Assembly (NCBI GenBank): GCA_947501605.1
Contig: CANMWZ010000009.1
Location: forward strand, 32,001 to 96,000
Direction of reading: 5' to 3'
DNA from: Planctomycetota bacterium
Lineage (GTDB): Bacteria > Planctomycetota > UBA1135 > UBA2386
DNA: 64,000 bases
Position 1 is the stretch's first letter, and every line of letters begins with the position of its first letter. The position numbers and the translations under genes are program-made. Below are positions 1-9,716 of this stretch, piece after piece. The notes beneath the pieces are model-generated. The model saw nothing but the letters and a program-made list of their open reading frames with translations, did not search any database and was not told the origin of the DNA.

Positions 1-728
1 TTGTCGTTGAACAACCAGAGGGCGTCTAGGTTGAGCGACTCCGATGCCGAGGCCGAGTCGCGCTCGGTCGTTCGGTCCAAGTCGTACTCCTCCTTGTCGG
101 TGTAGCTGAGGGACGCACTGCCGCCGAGGAAGAGGTTCTCGCTGGCCTGGATCGAGAACGGCACACCCTTCTGATCGTCGGCCTTGAACAACGCCAGCGG
201 ATCGTCCGAGGAGCGGTCGCCGAGCGTGCCGATGCTGGCGCCCTGCTGAAACGGCAGACGGATACCGCCAACGACGATTTCAGAGTCCGCTGCCCTGATC
301 TGCGACAACTCGCCTTCGACCTTGAACTGCTCGCGGACTTCGGACTTGCGGATCGTGCGGACCTTGAACGCGTTGTCCTTGTTGCGCAGTTTGAGGAGCA
401 ACCATTCGCCGTCGGCCGGTTGGAATGGCTGGATCGCTTGCTTGTCGGCGGATTCGTACTCGGTCTCGCTGTCGGCCGAGAAGCGAAGTCCGACGACCTC
501 CAATTCGGTCGCGGAGACGGGCTTGGCCGCGGCAATGATCTCCACCTTCTCGGTCTTGTCACTGCTGCCGCGCGGGAGCTCATCGATTTCGTCGACGACG
601 GGGCGACCATTGACCATGCGGCCTTTGGCTTCGATCCACGTGCCTAGCTGCAGCTTGGCGGCCGTGCTTTGCTCGGTAGCAACGCAGCTGGACAAGAGCA
701 GGCATGTAAGGAGTCCTGGGCGTGACAT
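1..728 (-). CDS. Lipoprotein, 3' end runs off the window; N-terminal DUF5666-like region followed by the start of a probable outer-membrane beta-barrel (alginate-export-like)
   Basis: Absent from the ORF track because there is no stop in the window. Translated by hand from ATG at 728: MSRPGLLTCLLLSSCVATEQ (lipobox LSSC) ...QFKVEGELSQI...LFLGGSASLSYTDKEEYDLDR...LNLDALWLFND, with alternating beta-strand pattern at the end. Starts 1 nt after the upstream stop. Confidence 0.7.
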   Translation of the reverse strand, partial: MSRPGLLTCLLLSSCVATEQSTAAKLQLGTWIEAKGRMVNGRPVVDEIDELPRGSSDKTEKVEIIAAAKPVSATELEVVGLRFSADSETEYESADKQAIQPFQPADGEWLLLKLRNKDNAFKVRTIRKSEVREQFKVEGELSQIRAADSEIVVGGIRLPFQQGASIGTLGDRSSDDPLALFKADDQKGVPFSIQASENLFLGGSASLSYTDKEEYDLDRTTERDSASASESLNLDALWLFND

Positions 729-729
729 G

Positions 730-1785
730 TCAGAGAGCGAGAAGCCGGGTTACTTCAGATACTAGCACGCGTGTCAAGTCCGCCCATCGAGGGCGCATGG
801 CGTACACGCCGCAGAGTCGCGCGCGAACGCACGCTTGCCAGCGGCTCCGTAGCGGCGATGGCATCGCAAATCGGTCGAGCATCGCGTCGGCCGCGCCGTC
901 GTCGATGCCGCTCTGTTGCAATGCCCGCAAGCGCAGGTGTTCGGCGAGATTTACGAGGTCGAAGTTTGCGTCACCGCGGCCGACGCCTTCGAGGTCGATC
1001 AGCCACGCTCCTGCAGCTGTGAGAAAGACCTGCTTGTCGTGCAGATCCCCGTGCACAAGGCCCTCGTGGCTGTCCTCAGGAGCGCGCAGTTGTTCGATGC
1101 GGGCGGCAAGGTCGTCGAGCTCGGGCACGACAACTGCGCCCTTGCGGAGCATCTTTGCTGCGGCATCGCGGGCGCTGGCAAAGTCGTGGCGCGGGAGGTC
1201 GTCGGCGCACGGCGCCGTTGCGAGCGCGCGCACCGCCGCGTCGACCAAGAACCACGAGGGCGCGTTGCCACGCGCAAGATGCTCGCGCAGGGACTGCCCC
1301 GGGACAGCCATCGCGGCGTAGGCAAACAACTCCGGCAGCAGGCACATTGGGCGCGCAAAGTGCAAGGCACCGACCGAATCGGCGAGGCTGGCGAACACCG
1401 CGCTGGCTCGAGTCCACGTCTTGCGGTCGAGGAACTTGACGAAGACCGTCTCGCGGCCGCGCCGCATGCGCACGACCGCGCGCTTACCCGGTCGCCAAGC
1501 AACCAACTGTAGTTCGGTGACCGGGCCTAGTACCGAGGAGAGTGCTGCCTGCACCTCCGCTGGAGCCAGAAACAGACCTGCTGCGGGCAGTTGAGTGTCG
1601 TGCGCAAGTGCCAGCTCGCGAACCTCTCCGCTCGCATCCAGCACGAAGTTCCGCGGTGGCGCAGAACTGGCGCGCAACAACGCGCACGCCCGGCCATCGT
1701 CACTGCGCAGCACCAGTTCGGTGTCGGTGTCGATGGCTGGCAGACCGCTGCGAAGCGCTGCGAAATCGGCGGGCGAGGCGTTCAC
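730..1785 (-). CDS. Aminoglycoside phosphotransferase (APH/choline kinase-like) family protein
   Basis: VFVKF, LVHGDLHDKQVF and LIDLE motifs; GTG start overlaps the upstream stop (GTGA). Confidence 0.8.
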   Translation of the reverse strand: MNASPADFAALRSGLPAIDTDTELVLRSDDGRACALLRASSAPPRNFVLDASGEVRELALAHDTQLPAAGLFLAPAEVQAALSSVLGPVTELQLVAWRPGKRAVVRMRRGRETVFVKFLDRKTWTRASAVFASLADSVGALHFARPMCLLPELFAYAAMAVPGQSLREHLARGNAPSWFLVDAAVRALATAPCADDLPRHDFASARDAAAKMLRKGAVVVPELDDLAARIEQLRAPEDSHEGLVHGDLHDKQVFLTAAGAWLIDLEGVGRGDANFDLVNLAEHLRLRALQQSGIDDGAADAMLDRFAMPSPLRSRWQACVRARLCGVYAMRPRWADLTRVLVSEVTRLLAL

Positions 1786-3077
1786 TTCGTCGCCTCCTTG
1801 GCTGCTGCATGCGCGTGGGCTAGCAACCGCTCGCAGGCCTCTGGCCAGTCGGCGCGCAGAGACCGGAACGGCATCGCTGCCATGCGCGCGAGCGCGGCGG
1901 CGTTCCACCACGCCAGTTCTGGTGAGGTTGGCAACGAAGCCCGCTTGCTGTAAGCGGCGACGAAATCGGCGGCGAAGGAGGCGCCGTGTGCTGGGTCTTC
2001 GGCGATCGAATGCGAGTGAAAGGACGCCAGGTCGGCGGCGATCGGACCGGCGCAGGCGCGGTCGAAGTCACAGAGGCCGGCGTCATTGGCGAGTAGCACC
2101 TGTCCACAGTGAAAGTCGCCATGCAGCAGTCGCGCCGGCGACGGTGCTGGAACGGACGCTGCGAGCAGCGACGCGACCGCGGCGGCGAGGCGACCATGTT
2201 CTGGGGTCAATTGCCCCAGATCCATGCAGGCGCGTTGGACGAGGTCGAGTTCGGATGCGACGTCGCGAACCGGAGCACCCGCTGGCAGTGTTGCGGTATG
2301 CAGGCGCGCGAGTGTCGTGGCGACGGCATCGAGCCCGCTCCGATCGCCGTGGTGAAACGCGCGGCCCGGCAAGTGGCTTTCGAGCAACAGGCGCTCGTGC
2401 GGTGCGGCGAGCAGTTCGGGGACGCGCAGTCCGACTGCGGTCGCTGCCGAGGCGAGCTGCGCGCGAGCCGGCAGCGGCTCGGCGAGCAGGCGGAACCAGA
2501 CGGTCAAGCTGTGTTCCGCGGCTGCTGCATCGCCGCCCTTGAAGCCCAGATCCCAGCGCAGCACGGCGCGGCGTTCAGGCTTGTAGCGGACAATCTCGCG
2601 GCGGCTTCGACTCTTGCTGATGCGCAGACTCTCCGGCACCAGATCGGGGCGCACGCTGGTCATCATCGAGCGCACCTTGGAGGCACGAACGAGGCGGCGC
2701 AGATCGGGCATCTGGCGATCAAGCGGAAAGCCGACCAGCAGCAGTCCGTGCTCTTCGACGAGTGCTAGCGAACGCTGCCATTCGTCGGTCTCCTCGTCGG
2801 CACGGTGGCGCAGCTTCTGCGCCTCGTCGGCGAGTCGATCCGGCGGCGCGGTGCGGACGGTCACGTAGCTCGGCGCGCTGTCGTCGCCGACCTTGGCATG
2901 CCAGCCGACGATGCAGCCATCCGTGCCTTTCCAGCGCACATAGTCGGGCTCGAGCACGACCCGGCGCACGCCGTCGCCGAGATGCTGCTGCGCCAGCTCT
3001 TGAACGAGTTCGCGGTCGATCGCGCGAGCGAACGCTGCCTCCGTTGCTGCGACCGGCAGAGGGCACACGCGCGTCAT
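1782..3077 (-). CDS. Aminoglycoside phosphotransferase-like protein
   Basis: LLHGDFHCGQVLL...LCDFDRA...DLA motifs; ATG at 3077 overlaps the ABC gene stop (ATGA). Confidence 0.8.
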   Translation of the reverse strand: MTRVCPLPVAATEAAFARAIDRELVQELAQQHLGDGVRRVVLEPDYVRWKGTDGCIVGWHAKVGDDSAPSYVTVRTAPPDRLADEAQKLRHRADEETDEWQRSLALVEEHGLLLVGFPLDRQMPDLRRLVRASKVRSMMTSVRPDLVPESLRISKSRSRREIVRYKPERRAVLRWDLGFKGGDAAAAEHSLTVWFRLLAEPLPARAQLASAATAVGLRVPELLAAPHERLLLESHLPGRAFHHGDRSGLDAVATTLARLHTATLPAGAPVRDVASELDLVQRACMDLGQLTPEHGRLAAAVASLLAASVPAPSPARLLHGDFHCGQVLLANDAGLCDFDRACAGPIAADLASFHSHSIAEDPAHGASFAADFVAAYSKRASLPTSPELAWWNAAALARMAAMPFRSLRADWPEACERLLAHAHAAAKEATK

Positions 3078-4891
3078 TGCGGCCCCTTCGGCGGTGCCGC
3101 GAGCAGTTGTTGGCCAGTGAGACGATCGACATCGACGAGGCGGCCGTCGACGAGTCGGATCACGCGATCGACCGAAGCGAGCACGCGAGGGTTGTGTGTG
3201 ATCAGCAGAACGGTCTGGCCGCGCAAGCGAGCGAGCACTTCGGTGCAGAGGCGCTCTTCGCTGACGGCATCGAGTCCCGTGGTTGGCTCGTCGAGCACGA
3301 CGATCGGCGCATTGCGCACCAGGGCTCGGGCGAGTGCTACGCGCTGCCGTTCGCCGCCCGATAGACCGGCACCGCGTTCGCCGACACTGGTGTCGAGGCC
3401 GTCGGGCCATTGATCCGAGTACGCGGTCACACCTGCGCAGTTGGCCGCGGCCTCCACGTCCTTCTGGTCCGCATCAGGGCGTCCGAGCAGGATGTTCTCG
3501 CGCAGCGTTGCGTCGAACAGGATCGTCTCTTGGAAGACGAGCGCAACCGCATTGCGCAGTTGCAGAGCGCCGAGTTCGCGCACGTCGACGCCGTCGACCA
3601 GCACGGTTCCGGTGCTGGGATCGCGGAGGCGCGGCAACAGCGTCGCGAGGGTCGTCTTGCCCGAACCGTTGGCGCCGACGAGGGCCACGTGCTGACCCGC
3701 CGGAATGTGGAGATTGGCGCCCTTCAGGACCTGCCGGCCATCGCCGTGGCGAAAGCTGACGTCCTGCAGCGTGATCTCACCGCGGATCTTGGGCAACGTG
3801 CGTGGCTGTTCGGGCCAAGGCAGATCGGGCACCGCATCGAGCAGGTGCAGGATGCGCTCGCCGGAGGCTGCGGCCTTGATCATCACTGAGCTGCGACTGA
3901 GCGCCTTGCGGATGGGCTTGTAGAACGAGCGAACATAGGCGAGCAGGACGAGCAGGTCGCCGGCCGAGAGATCGGTCTCGGGCGCCGCGACCCGCAGCGC
4001 GCCGTAGTACATCGTGACGCCGATGCCGAGTGCGAGTGCGGTCTCGGCGCCGATCCCAAGGCGGCCCTCGAGGCGCGTGGCGGCGAGGCCTGCCTTGGCG
4101 CTCTTGCGATTGGCTCGCGTGAACGCCTCGGCAGCCTCATCTTCCATCCCGTAGGCCTGGATGACGGGGATCGCGGACATCGTCTCGTGGACCGAAGTCG
4201 CGAGCTCTCCTTCTTTGGCCCGCTGCTTCCGGGCGGCGCGGCGCAGGCGTACGCCGAACAGCGACGTCATTACGCCGATTGCTGGCATCACCGCGACGGC
4301 CATCAGGGCGAGTCGCCAGTCCATGATCAGCATGACGATGAGCGTGCCACCGACGAGCAGACCTTCACGCATCAGCGAGAAGATGCCGTCGATCAGCAGC
4401 ATGCGCAGCGAGTTCGCGTCGCCGACCAGCCGCAACATCATGTCGCCCCGGCGGTGCTTCTCGTGCCACGCGAGCGACATGAGCAGCATGCGCTCGAGAG
4501 CGCTGCGGCGGATCCTGTTGACGACCTTCTGGCCCGCTTCTGCGAGCCACAGGTCGCGGAAGTAGCTGGCGATGCCGGTGATCAGCGAGAACACGAGCAC
4601 GGCGCAGCCAGCGAGGAGCGCCAGGGTCCCGGCGTTCTCGCGCCCCGTCATGCTCGTCGGCAGGATCGCCCAGGGTTCGGCCCCGATCACCTGATCGATG
4701 ACGACCTTGAGTGGCCATGGCTTGGCCAGTTCGGCGAGCACGACGATGCAGGTCAGCGAGAACGCTGACAAGAGCCGCAGGCGGTACTGGCTCAGGTACG
4801 GGAGCAACCGTCGCCAGACGTAGAGCGACTGACCCAGCCGCTGTCGCATGGTCAGCTTCGGCTTGTTAGTCGCCACGGACGGCCTCGTCAT
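3074..4891 (-). CDS. ABC exporter, fused permease/ATPase (MsbA-like)
   Basis: N-terminal TM segments; Walker A GANGSGKT, signature LSGGERQ, Walker B VVLDEPT, H-loop ITH. Confidence 0.93.
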   Translation of the reverse strand: MTRPSVATNKPKLTMRQRLGQSLYVWRRLLPYLSQYRLRLLSAFSLTCIVVLAELAKPWPLKVVIDQVIGAEPWAILPTSMTGRENAGTLALLAGCAVLVFSLITGIASYFRDLWLAEAGQKVVNRIRRSALERMLLMSLAWHEKHRRGDMMLRLVGDANSLRMLLIDGIFSLMREGLLVGGTLIVMLIMDWRLALMAVAVMPAIGVMTSLFGVRLRRAARKQRAKEGELATSVHETMSAIPVIQAYGMEDEAAEAFTRANRKSAKAGLAATRLEGRLGIGAETALALGIGVTMYYGALRVAAPETDLSAGDLLVLLAYVRSFYKPIRKALSRSSVMIKAAASGERILHLLDAVPDLPWPEQPRTLPKIRGEITLQDVSFRHGDGRQVLKGANLHIPAGQHVALVGANGSGKTTLATLLPRLRDPSTGTVLVDGVDVRELGALQLRNAVALVFQETILFDATLRENILLGRPDADQKDVEAAANCAGVTAYSDQWPDGLDTSVGERGAGLSGGERQRVALARALVRNAPIVVLDEPTTGLDAVSEERLCTEVLARLRGQTVLLITHNPRVLASVDRVIRLVDGRLVDVDRLTGQQLLAAPPKGPQ

Positions 4892-6026
4892 CGTGAGGCT
4901 GTGGGCGAAGCCATGGCAGTACGATTCGCGCCTTGTGGGTCCAATCGAGATTGCGGACGAGTTCTTCGTCGGCGAGCGCCTTCGTGGGGTCGTCGAGCAC
5001 TCGTTCGGCGGCGGCAACGAAGCTGGGAATGTCGTCGGCGTCGAAGAGTCCGGGCAGGTCCCGGTCGCCGAGTTCCCCGAGCACGCAGGGCACGCGGCTG
5101 CCGATCAACGGCCGGCGCGCTGCTAGGCCCTCGACGACCTTGAGGGGCGAGAAGTAGCCTGGCGCGGCGGCGGGATACGGGGCGCAGATGGCGTCAGATG
5201 CGGCGAGATACTCACCCATGAGTTCGTGCGGGACGGCCCCCTCGAACACGATGTCGTCGGGCATCTGCGCGACCTTGGCTTCTACTTCTGCGCGTGCGGG
5301 CCCGTCGCCGATGATCCAGAGGCCGCAGGCGCGGCGCTGACGCAGCGCAGCAAACGCTTCGAGCAAGAAGCCGATCCCGTGCCACGGCTTGAGGGAGCCG
5401 ACGAACAGCAAGACGGGCTTGCCCTGGAGCTGCGCTGGGCGCGCCATGGGCTTGGCGTTCTCAAAGGCGTCGAGATGCGCGCCGTTGCCGAGAACGTGCA
5501 CGCGTTCTTTCGGCGCGCCCGCAGCAACGAGCATCTTGGCGAGTTCGCGCGACACGGCGAACACGGCGTCGGCGCCGCGAAGTACGTCGAGGCAGAGGGC
5601 TTCGGCCGTGGCCGCTAGATGCAGGGAACGGAACTGCGCGGCTTCGATCCAGAGTGGCGCGTTGACCTCGACAACGTAGGGCAGTCCGTTGGCCCGGGCG
5701 TAGGCGAGCCCGCCACCAGAGAACAGTGCGAGACGTTCGTAGACGGCACTGTGCGGGCCGGCGGCCTGCAGTGCTTCGAACACCGCCCGCGAATGGGCGA
5801 GCTGCAGGACCTCGCCGGCGATACCCGCAGCGCGCGGCGTTGCGACGATCTGCGCCCGATGAGGCAGGAAGCCGTCGGTTTCTCCGGCGCGCGTCATGAA
5901 CACGTCGAGGGACGCGCCGAGCAACGCCATAGCTTTTGCCATCGCTCGGAAATGGACCGATGCGCCCTTGCTGCTGTCCGGCGGGATGCCGGGATCCGCA
6001 CAGAGGTAGGCGATCGGGTGCGTCAC
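4866..6026 (-). CDS. Glycosyltransferase family 4
   Basis: FVGSLKPWHG, IGDGP and SPLKVVEGLA motifs; GTG start overlaps the upstream stop. Confidence 0.9.
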   Translation of the reverse strand: MTHPIAYLCADPGIPPDSSKGASVHFRAMAKAMALLGASLDVFMTRAGETDGFLPHRAQIVATPRAAGIAGEVLQLAHSRAVFEALQAAGPHSAVYERLALFSGGGLAYARANGLPYVVEVNAPLWIEAAQFRSLHLAATAEALCLDVLRGADAVFAVSRELAKMLVAAGAPKERVHVLGNGAHLDAFENAKPMARPAQLQGKPVLLFVGSLKPWHGIGFLLEAFAALRQRRACGLWIIGDGPARAEVEAKVAQMPDDIVFEGAVPHELMGEYLAASDAICAPYPAAAPGYFSPLKVVEGLAARRPLIGSRVPCVLGELGDRDLPGLFDADDIPSFVAAAERVLDDPTKALADEELVRNLDWTHKARIVLPWLRPQPHDDEAVRGD

Positions 6027-7243
6027 GCGCCTGCCGCCTTCTTGCCGTTCTGATACCAACTCTGCAACTTGCCGACGTTCGTCGAGAGATCGAAGCACTG
6101 CTCGGCGCGGGCGCGTCCGGCGATCGATAGGGCCTTGAGTCGCGCAGGATCGCGCAGCAGGCTCGTCAGTTCAGTGGCAACCGCCTGTGCGTCGGCCGGT
6201 GGGACGATGACCCCCGCCTTGCCGAAGTCCGCGATTTCTTCCACGCCGCCCACGGGTGTGCTGAGGATCGGCAGGCCGGCGGCCAGCGCCTCCAGGAGCA
6301 CGGTCGGCAGAGCGTCGCGATTGCCGTCGGCGCCGATGATGCATGGCAGTGCCATCACGGTGGCTTGGCTCATTGCCGCACGAACTTCGTCCTGCGTGCG
6401 CATGCCGAGCCATTCCACGTTGTCGAGTTGCAGGTCGACGACTTGCTTCTTCAAGCGCTCCAGATCTTCGCCGTCGCCGATGATCTGGCACTTCGGCGTG
6501 AAGCCCTGCTGCTTCATGAGTGCGAGCGCGTCGAACAGGACGTGGAAGCCCTTCTTCTCGACCAGGCGACCGACCGACAGAATCGTCGGTTGCGCGCTGG
6601 GCTTCCTCGTCTGCGGATGGAAGGCGGTCACGTCGACGCCGTTGTAGAGCACGCGCAAGTCGAGCTTGTGGCCTTCGAGGTTGTCGAGGATGTAGCGGCG
6701 GTTGGCCTCGCAAACCGTCACGACGAAGTCGCTGGCGCCGAGCAGCGACGTGAAGCGATCGCCGGTAACGCCGTCGCGGTAGATGTCCTTCGCGTGGCAG
6801 GTGACGCTGTAGGGGATGCCGGTCAGCGAGCTTGCGCCGCGCGCCACATAGGCGGCGATGGTCGCGAAGTGCGCGTGCATCCGATCGATGCGATGTTTCT
6901 TGAGCAACAGGGCGAGGTCGAGGCTCCAGTTCAGAATGCCCCAGGTGTCCGGACGTTGGCCTTGGACGAGATCCTCGAACTGACCCCAGACTTGCTCCTT
7001 CCGCGCTGAGATCAGCGGCCAGCACGCCTTGAGATGCGCGGGCATCGTCTCGGGCCGGCGACCGAGCATGTAGACGACGGGGCGCTTCAGTTCGCTGAGA
7101 CCGCGGTGGTAGACGCCATCGTCCGGGCGATTCAACGAGAAGACCGTCACATCAACGCCGTGGCGTTGCAATGCGAGGATCTCGTTGAGAATGAAAGTCT
7201 CGGAGTTGCGTGGAAACTTCTTCAGGACGTAGCCGACGTGCAC
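6023..7243 (-). CDS. Glycosyltransferase family 4 (WcaL-like)
   Basis: FPRNSETFILNEI, HAHFA, VGRLVEKKG and RDALPTVLLEALA motifs. Start uncertain (GTG 7243 or 7327). Confidence 0.9.
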   Translation of the reverse strand: MHVGYVLKKFPRNSETFILNEILALQRHGVDVTVFSLNRPDDGVYHRGLSELKRPVVYMLGRRPETMPAHLKACWPLISARKEQVWGQFEDLVQGQRPDTWGILNWSLDLALLLKKHRIDRMHAHFATIAAYVARGASSLTGIPYSVTCHAKDIYRDGVTGDRFTSLLGASDFVVTVCEANRRYILDNLEGHKLDLRVLYNGVDVTAFHPQTRKPSAQPTILSVGRLVEKKGFHVLFDALALMKQQGFTPKCQIIGDGEDLERLKKQVVDLQLDNVEWLGMRTQDEVRAAMSQATVMALPCIIGADGNRDALPTVLLEALAAGLPILSTPVGGVEEIADFGKAGVIVPPADAQAVATELTSLLRDPARLKALSIAGRARAEQCFDLSTNVGKLQSWYQNGKKAAGA

Positions 7244-7431
7244 AAGAACCTCGCGTAGCTGGCGGATGCAGAAGCGACGGTGCGATCGCAGTGGGCCATC
7301 GGCTGGCTCCCTGGGATCTGGATGCACTACTTCTGCTGGAAGAGTAGTTTACGACAAGATTACGGCCGTGCGCGATGGGCTCTTGGGAATGCACGGCTGC
7401 ACCCGGCACACGGGCACACCGGCTCCCGGCC

Positions 7432-7446
7432 GCAATGGACGTGCCG
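7432..7446 (-). promoter_or_regulatory. sigma54 (-24/-12) promoter of the glycosyltransferase operon
   Basis: Minus strand reads CGGCACG-TCCA-TTGC (GG-N10-GC), intergenic and correctly oriented. Confidence 0.75.
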
Positions 7447-7493
7447 TGCACAATGATCCGGTCGGGTGTCCGCCGTGCGGACGGCGCTCTGGC

Positions 7494-9179
7494 TCAGCCG
7501 CCGGCGCCCGACAGGAAAACTCGCACTGCAGGGGCCGGGCTCAGAGGGAGCTCCCTGGTCGGTTGGTGCTCCGCCATCAGAATGCACCCGTGGTCGGTAT
7601 TGAGCAGCAGGCTATCCATGTGGGTGACAGTCATCTGCCGCAGCCGTGCGACAGCGGGTCCGAAGACCACCGTGCCGTCGGCCAGATAGAACGCAATCAC
7701 GCTCCAGTCCGGCGTGATCCGGGCGTCGATTGCGCGGTACCACGATGCCGCAACCGGCGGCGCGATCCGCACCCCAGGTGGGCTCTGCGCGAGCAGCCCG
7801 CCGGTGGAGCCGCTGTAGAGCCGGTCCCCTGGGCCTGGGACGACGATATCGGGCTCGCCGGTGGTCGCAGAACCGGCGACGAGCGTGCCCGGGAGGTCCT
7901 GGTAGACGACGGCGCTGGTATTGGTGAGGAGGTTGATCGAGCGCAGCGTCTGCCGCGTCAGGTCGGCTGTCGGCAGATCGGTGATCATCGCGACGTCGCC
8001 GGCAAACGAGAGCTTGCTTGGGACCAACGCGCCTGCAGGGAAGGGCTGCGCGAAAGAGCCGGTTCCGGTCAGGTTGCGGACCACGTTGCCAGTTGGCGCA
8101 AGGTCGGCGGCGAACCAGTCCATGTTGTCGGGGTCACCGATCGACGCGATCAACGTGTTGCCCTTGAACGTCGGCAGGATGTGGATGCCGATGTAGGGCT
8201 GGAAGATCGCATCTTGGGTGATCTGTAGATCGCCGAGGACGCCCGTGAGGTCGAGGAGGTGGCTCTCGTCGCGAATCACGCCGTCGATGTAGAACAGACG
8301 GGTGGCGTCGTGATTCAGGATCAAGCGAAGGTTGCCTTCACCCTCTGGCAGGTAGCCGGGTTCTTCGTACTTGCTCGGCGGTGGCGGCAACTGCACCGCG
8401 GCGCCAGTGCTGTTCAGGCGGAATAGCCGCAGAGTGTCATTGTTCGCGCCATAGAGGAACACCGCGGTGCGACCGTCGCCGGAGAGCGCAATCTCGTCCT
8501 TCATCCGCACCGTGGTCGTTGGAATTGTCGGCGTGCAATCGACTGGCGCGCCGCTGGCGAGTGCCATGCGCCAGATTCGGTTGTCGAGTGTCGTGTAGAA
8601 CGCGTGGGTGTCCCCGACCATCAGGGACATCGGGACTGCGGTGTTGGGCAGCGCGACGAAGCGCTCGGGCGTGCCTGTGCTCGGAAACGTGGTTCCGTCC
8701 AGTCGGACAACATGCATCCCACCGGTGGCGGCCAAGACGCAGAGCGTGCGGCCATTGTGGTCGACGCTGACGCGGTCGGCAAACGGGCGCCCGAGCCCGC
8801 TGAAACCGATGCCCGGCCGCTCGAGGACGACGCGGGCTTCCCCGGAAGCTGGAACAAGCAGGTAGCCCCATTGGAGTCCACCGAGTCGGCGGTACTCGAA
8901 CAGGCGGCTGCTACCGGGCAACTCGAGTCGATAGAGCCCTTGACGCAAGTCGCGACGGGCGACGTCGGTGCGTAGCTCTTGACTGGCGCTGCGCCCCGTC
9001 ATCTCGATCGGCAGGATCTCGATGTCCTGCAGCAGCATCGTCGAGTCGATCCCGACCTTGCCCTCCTCAAGCACGTGCACGTCGAGCGCGACGAGCGAGT
9101 TGCCTTCGACGAAGGTCAAGCTCTGAGCCAACGACGGCGCGGCAAGGAAAAGGGCGGCCAATAGCAAGCGCGTGTTCAT
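7494..9179 (-). CDS. Secreted hypothetical protein, possibly beta-propeller-rich
   Basis: Signal peptide MNTRLLLAALFLAAPSLA-Q; SVDHNGR, LSGDGR and LNHDAT blade-like motifs. Alternative start at 9218 preceded by GGAGG. Confidence 0.7.
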   Translation of the reverse strand: MNTRLLLAALFLAAPSLAQSLTFVEGNSLVALDVHVLEEGKVGIDSTMLLQDIEILPIEMTGRSASQELRTDVARRDLRQGLYRLELPGSSRLFEYRRLGGLQWGYLLVPASGEARVVLERPGIGFSGLGRPFADRVSVDHNGRTLCVLAATGGMHVVRLDGTTFPSTGTPERFVALPNTAVPMSLMVGDTHAFYTTLDNRIWRMALASGAPVDCTPTIPTTTVRMKDEIALSGDGRTAVFLYGANNDTLRLFRLNSTGAAVQLPPPPSKYEEPGYLPEGEGNLRLILNHDATRLFYIDGVIRDESHLLDLTGVLGDLQITQDAIFQPYIGIHILPTFKGNTLIASIGDPDNMDWFAADLAPTGNVVRNLTGTGSFAQPFPAGALVPSKLSFAGDVAMITDLPTADLTRQTLRSINLLTNTSAVVYQDLPGTLVAGSATTGEPDIVVPGPGDRLYSGSTGGLLAQSPPGVRIAPPVAASWYRAIDARITPDWSVIAFYLADGTVVFGPAVARLRQMTVTHMDSLLLNTDHGCILMAEHQPTRELPLSPAPAVRVFLSGAGG

Positions 9180-9294
9180 AGGGGATCTGCTGGTCAGAGT
9201 AGCGAGCGCCGTTCCCATACTACCTCCAATGTCTCGATTGGGGACCCCCACGTTGATTGGCCTCGAGTTGCTCATGCCGGTCTACGGGAAATGA

Positions 9295-9322
9295 CTCAGG
9301 TGCAGCCGGAGCTGCACCTGAG
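9295..9322 (-). other. Perfect 12-bp hairpin with c(UCCG)g tetraloop on the minus strand
   Basis: ctcaggtgcagc-tccg-gctgcacctgag read on the minus strand. Confidence 0.6.
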
Positions 9323-9716
9323 AACTTGGTCGGTGCCGACAGGACTCTATGGAGCAGCGGCGGCCATCGGCATCGGCTCTCTCGGCCGGCCCGGAGCAAG
9401 TTGTCTCCAGGAGAAGTTTGGCTCAGAGACCCCGCTCGCTGCAGTGACGTGCCATTTGGCGCTCAGAGCACGCAGGCGTGCTCAGGTTCTACTCATGGAA
9501 GTCTCCTTCCGATTGCGTCGAGCCGACAGGCGCGGAGCGCTGTCCTGGCGACTTCGAACAGTTGCGAGATGTGCTTCACGTCGGACGTGGAGCAAGGGTC
9601 GTACCGTGAGCCCAGCTTCGCGATGCGTGTCCAATGCGAACAGCCAAGCGGTGCCAGAGTTGCGCGGCGCCACGATCACGGACTCGATGCCGTCGTCGGG
9701 ACGGGCGTGCTCGCCG

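Noticed and set aside
730..3077. APH genes as antibiotic-resistance determinants
   Set aside because: They are embedded in a coupled glycosyltransferase/export operon, have an atypical catalytic motif and show no mobile context.
9440..9656. Two TGGCAC motifs on the minus strand (TGGCACGTCACTGC, TGGCACCGCTTGGC) as sigma54 promoters
   Set aside because: Both are GG-N9-GC, and sigma54 requires N10 spacing.
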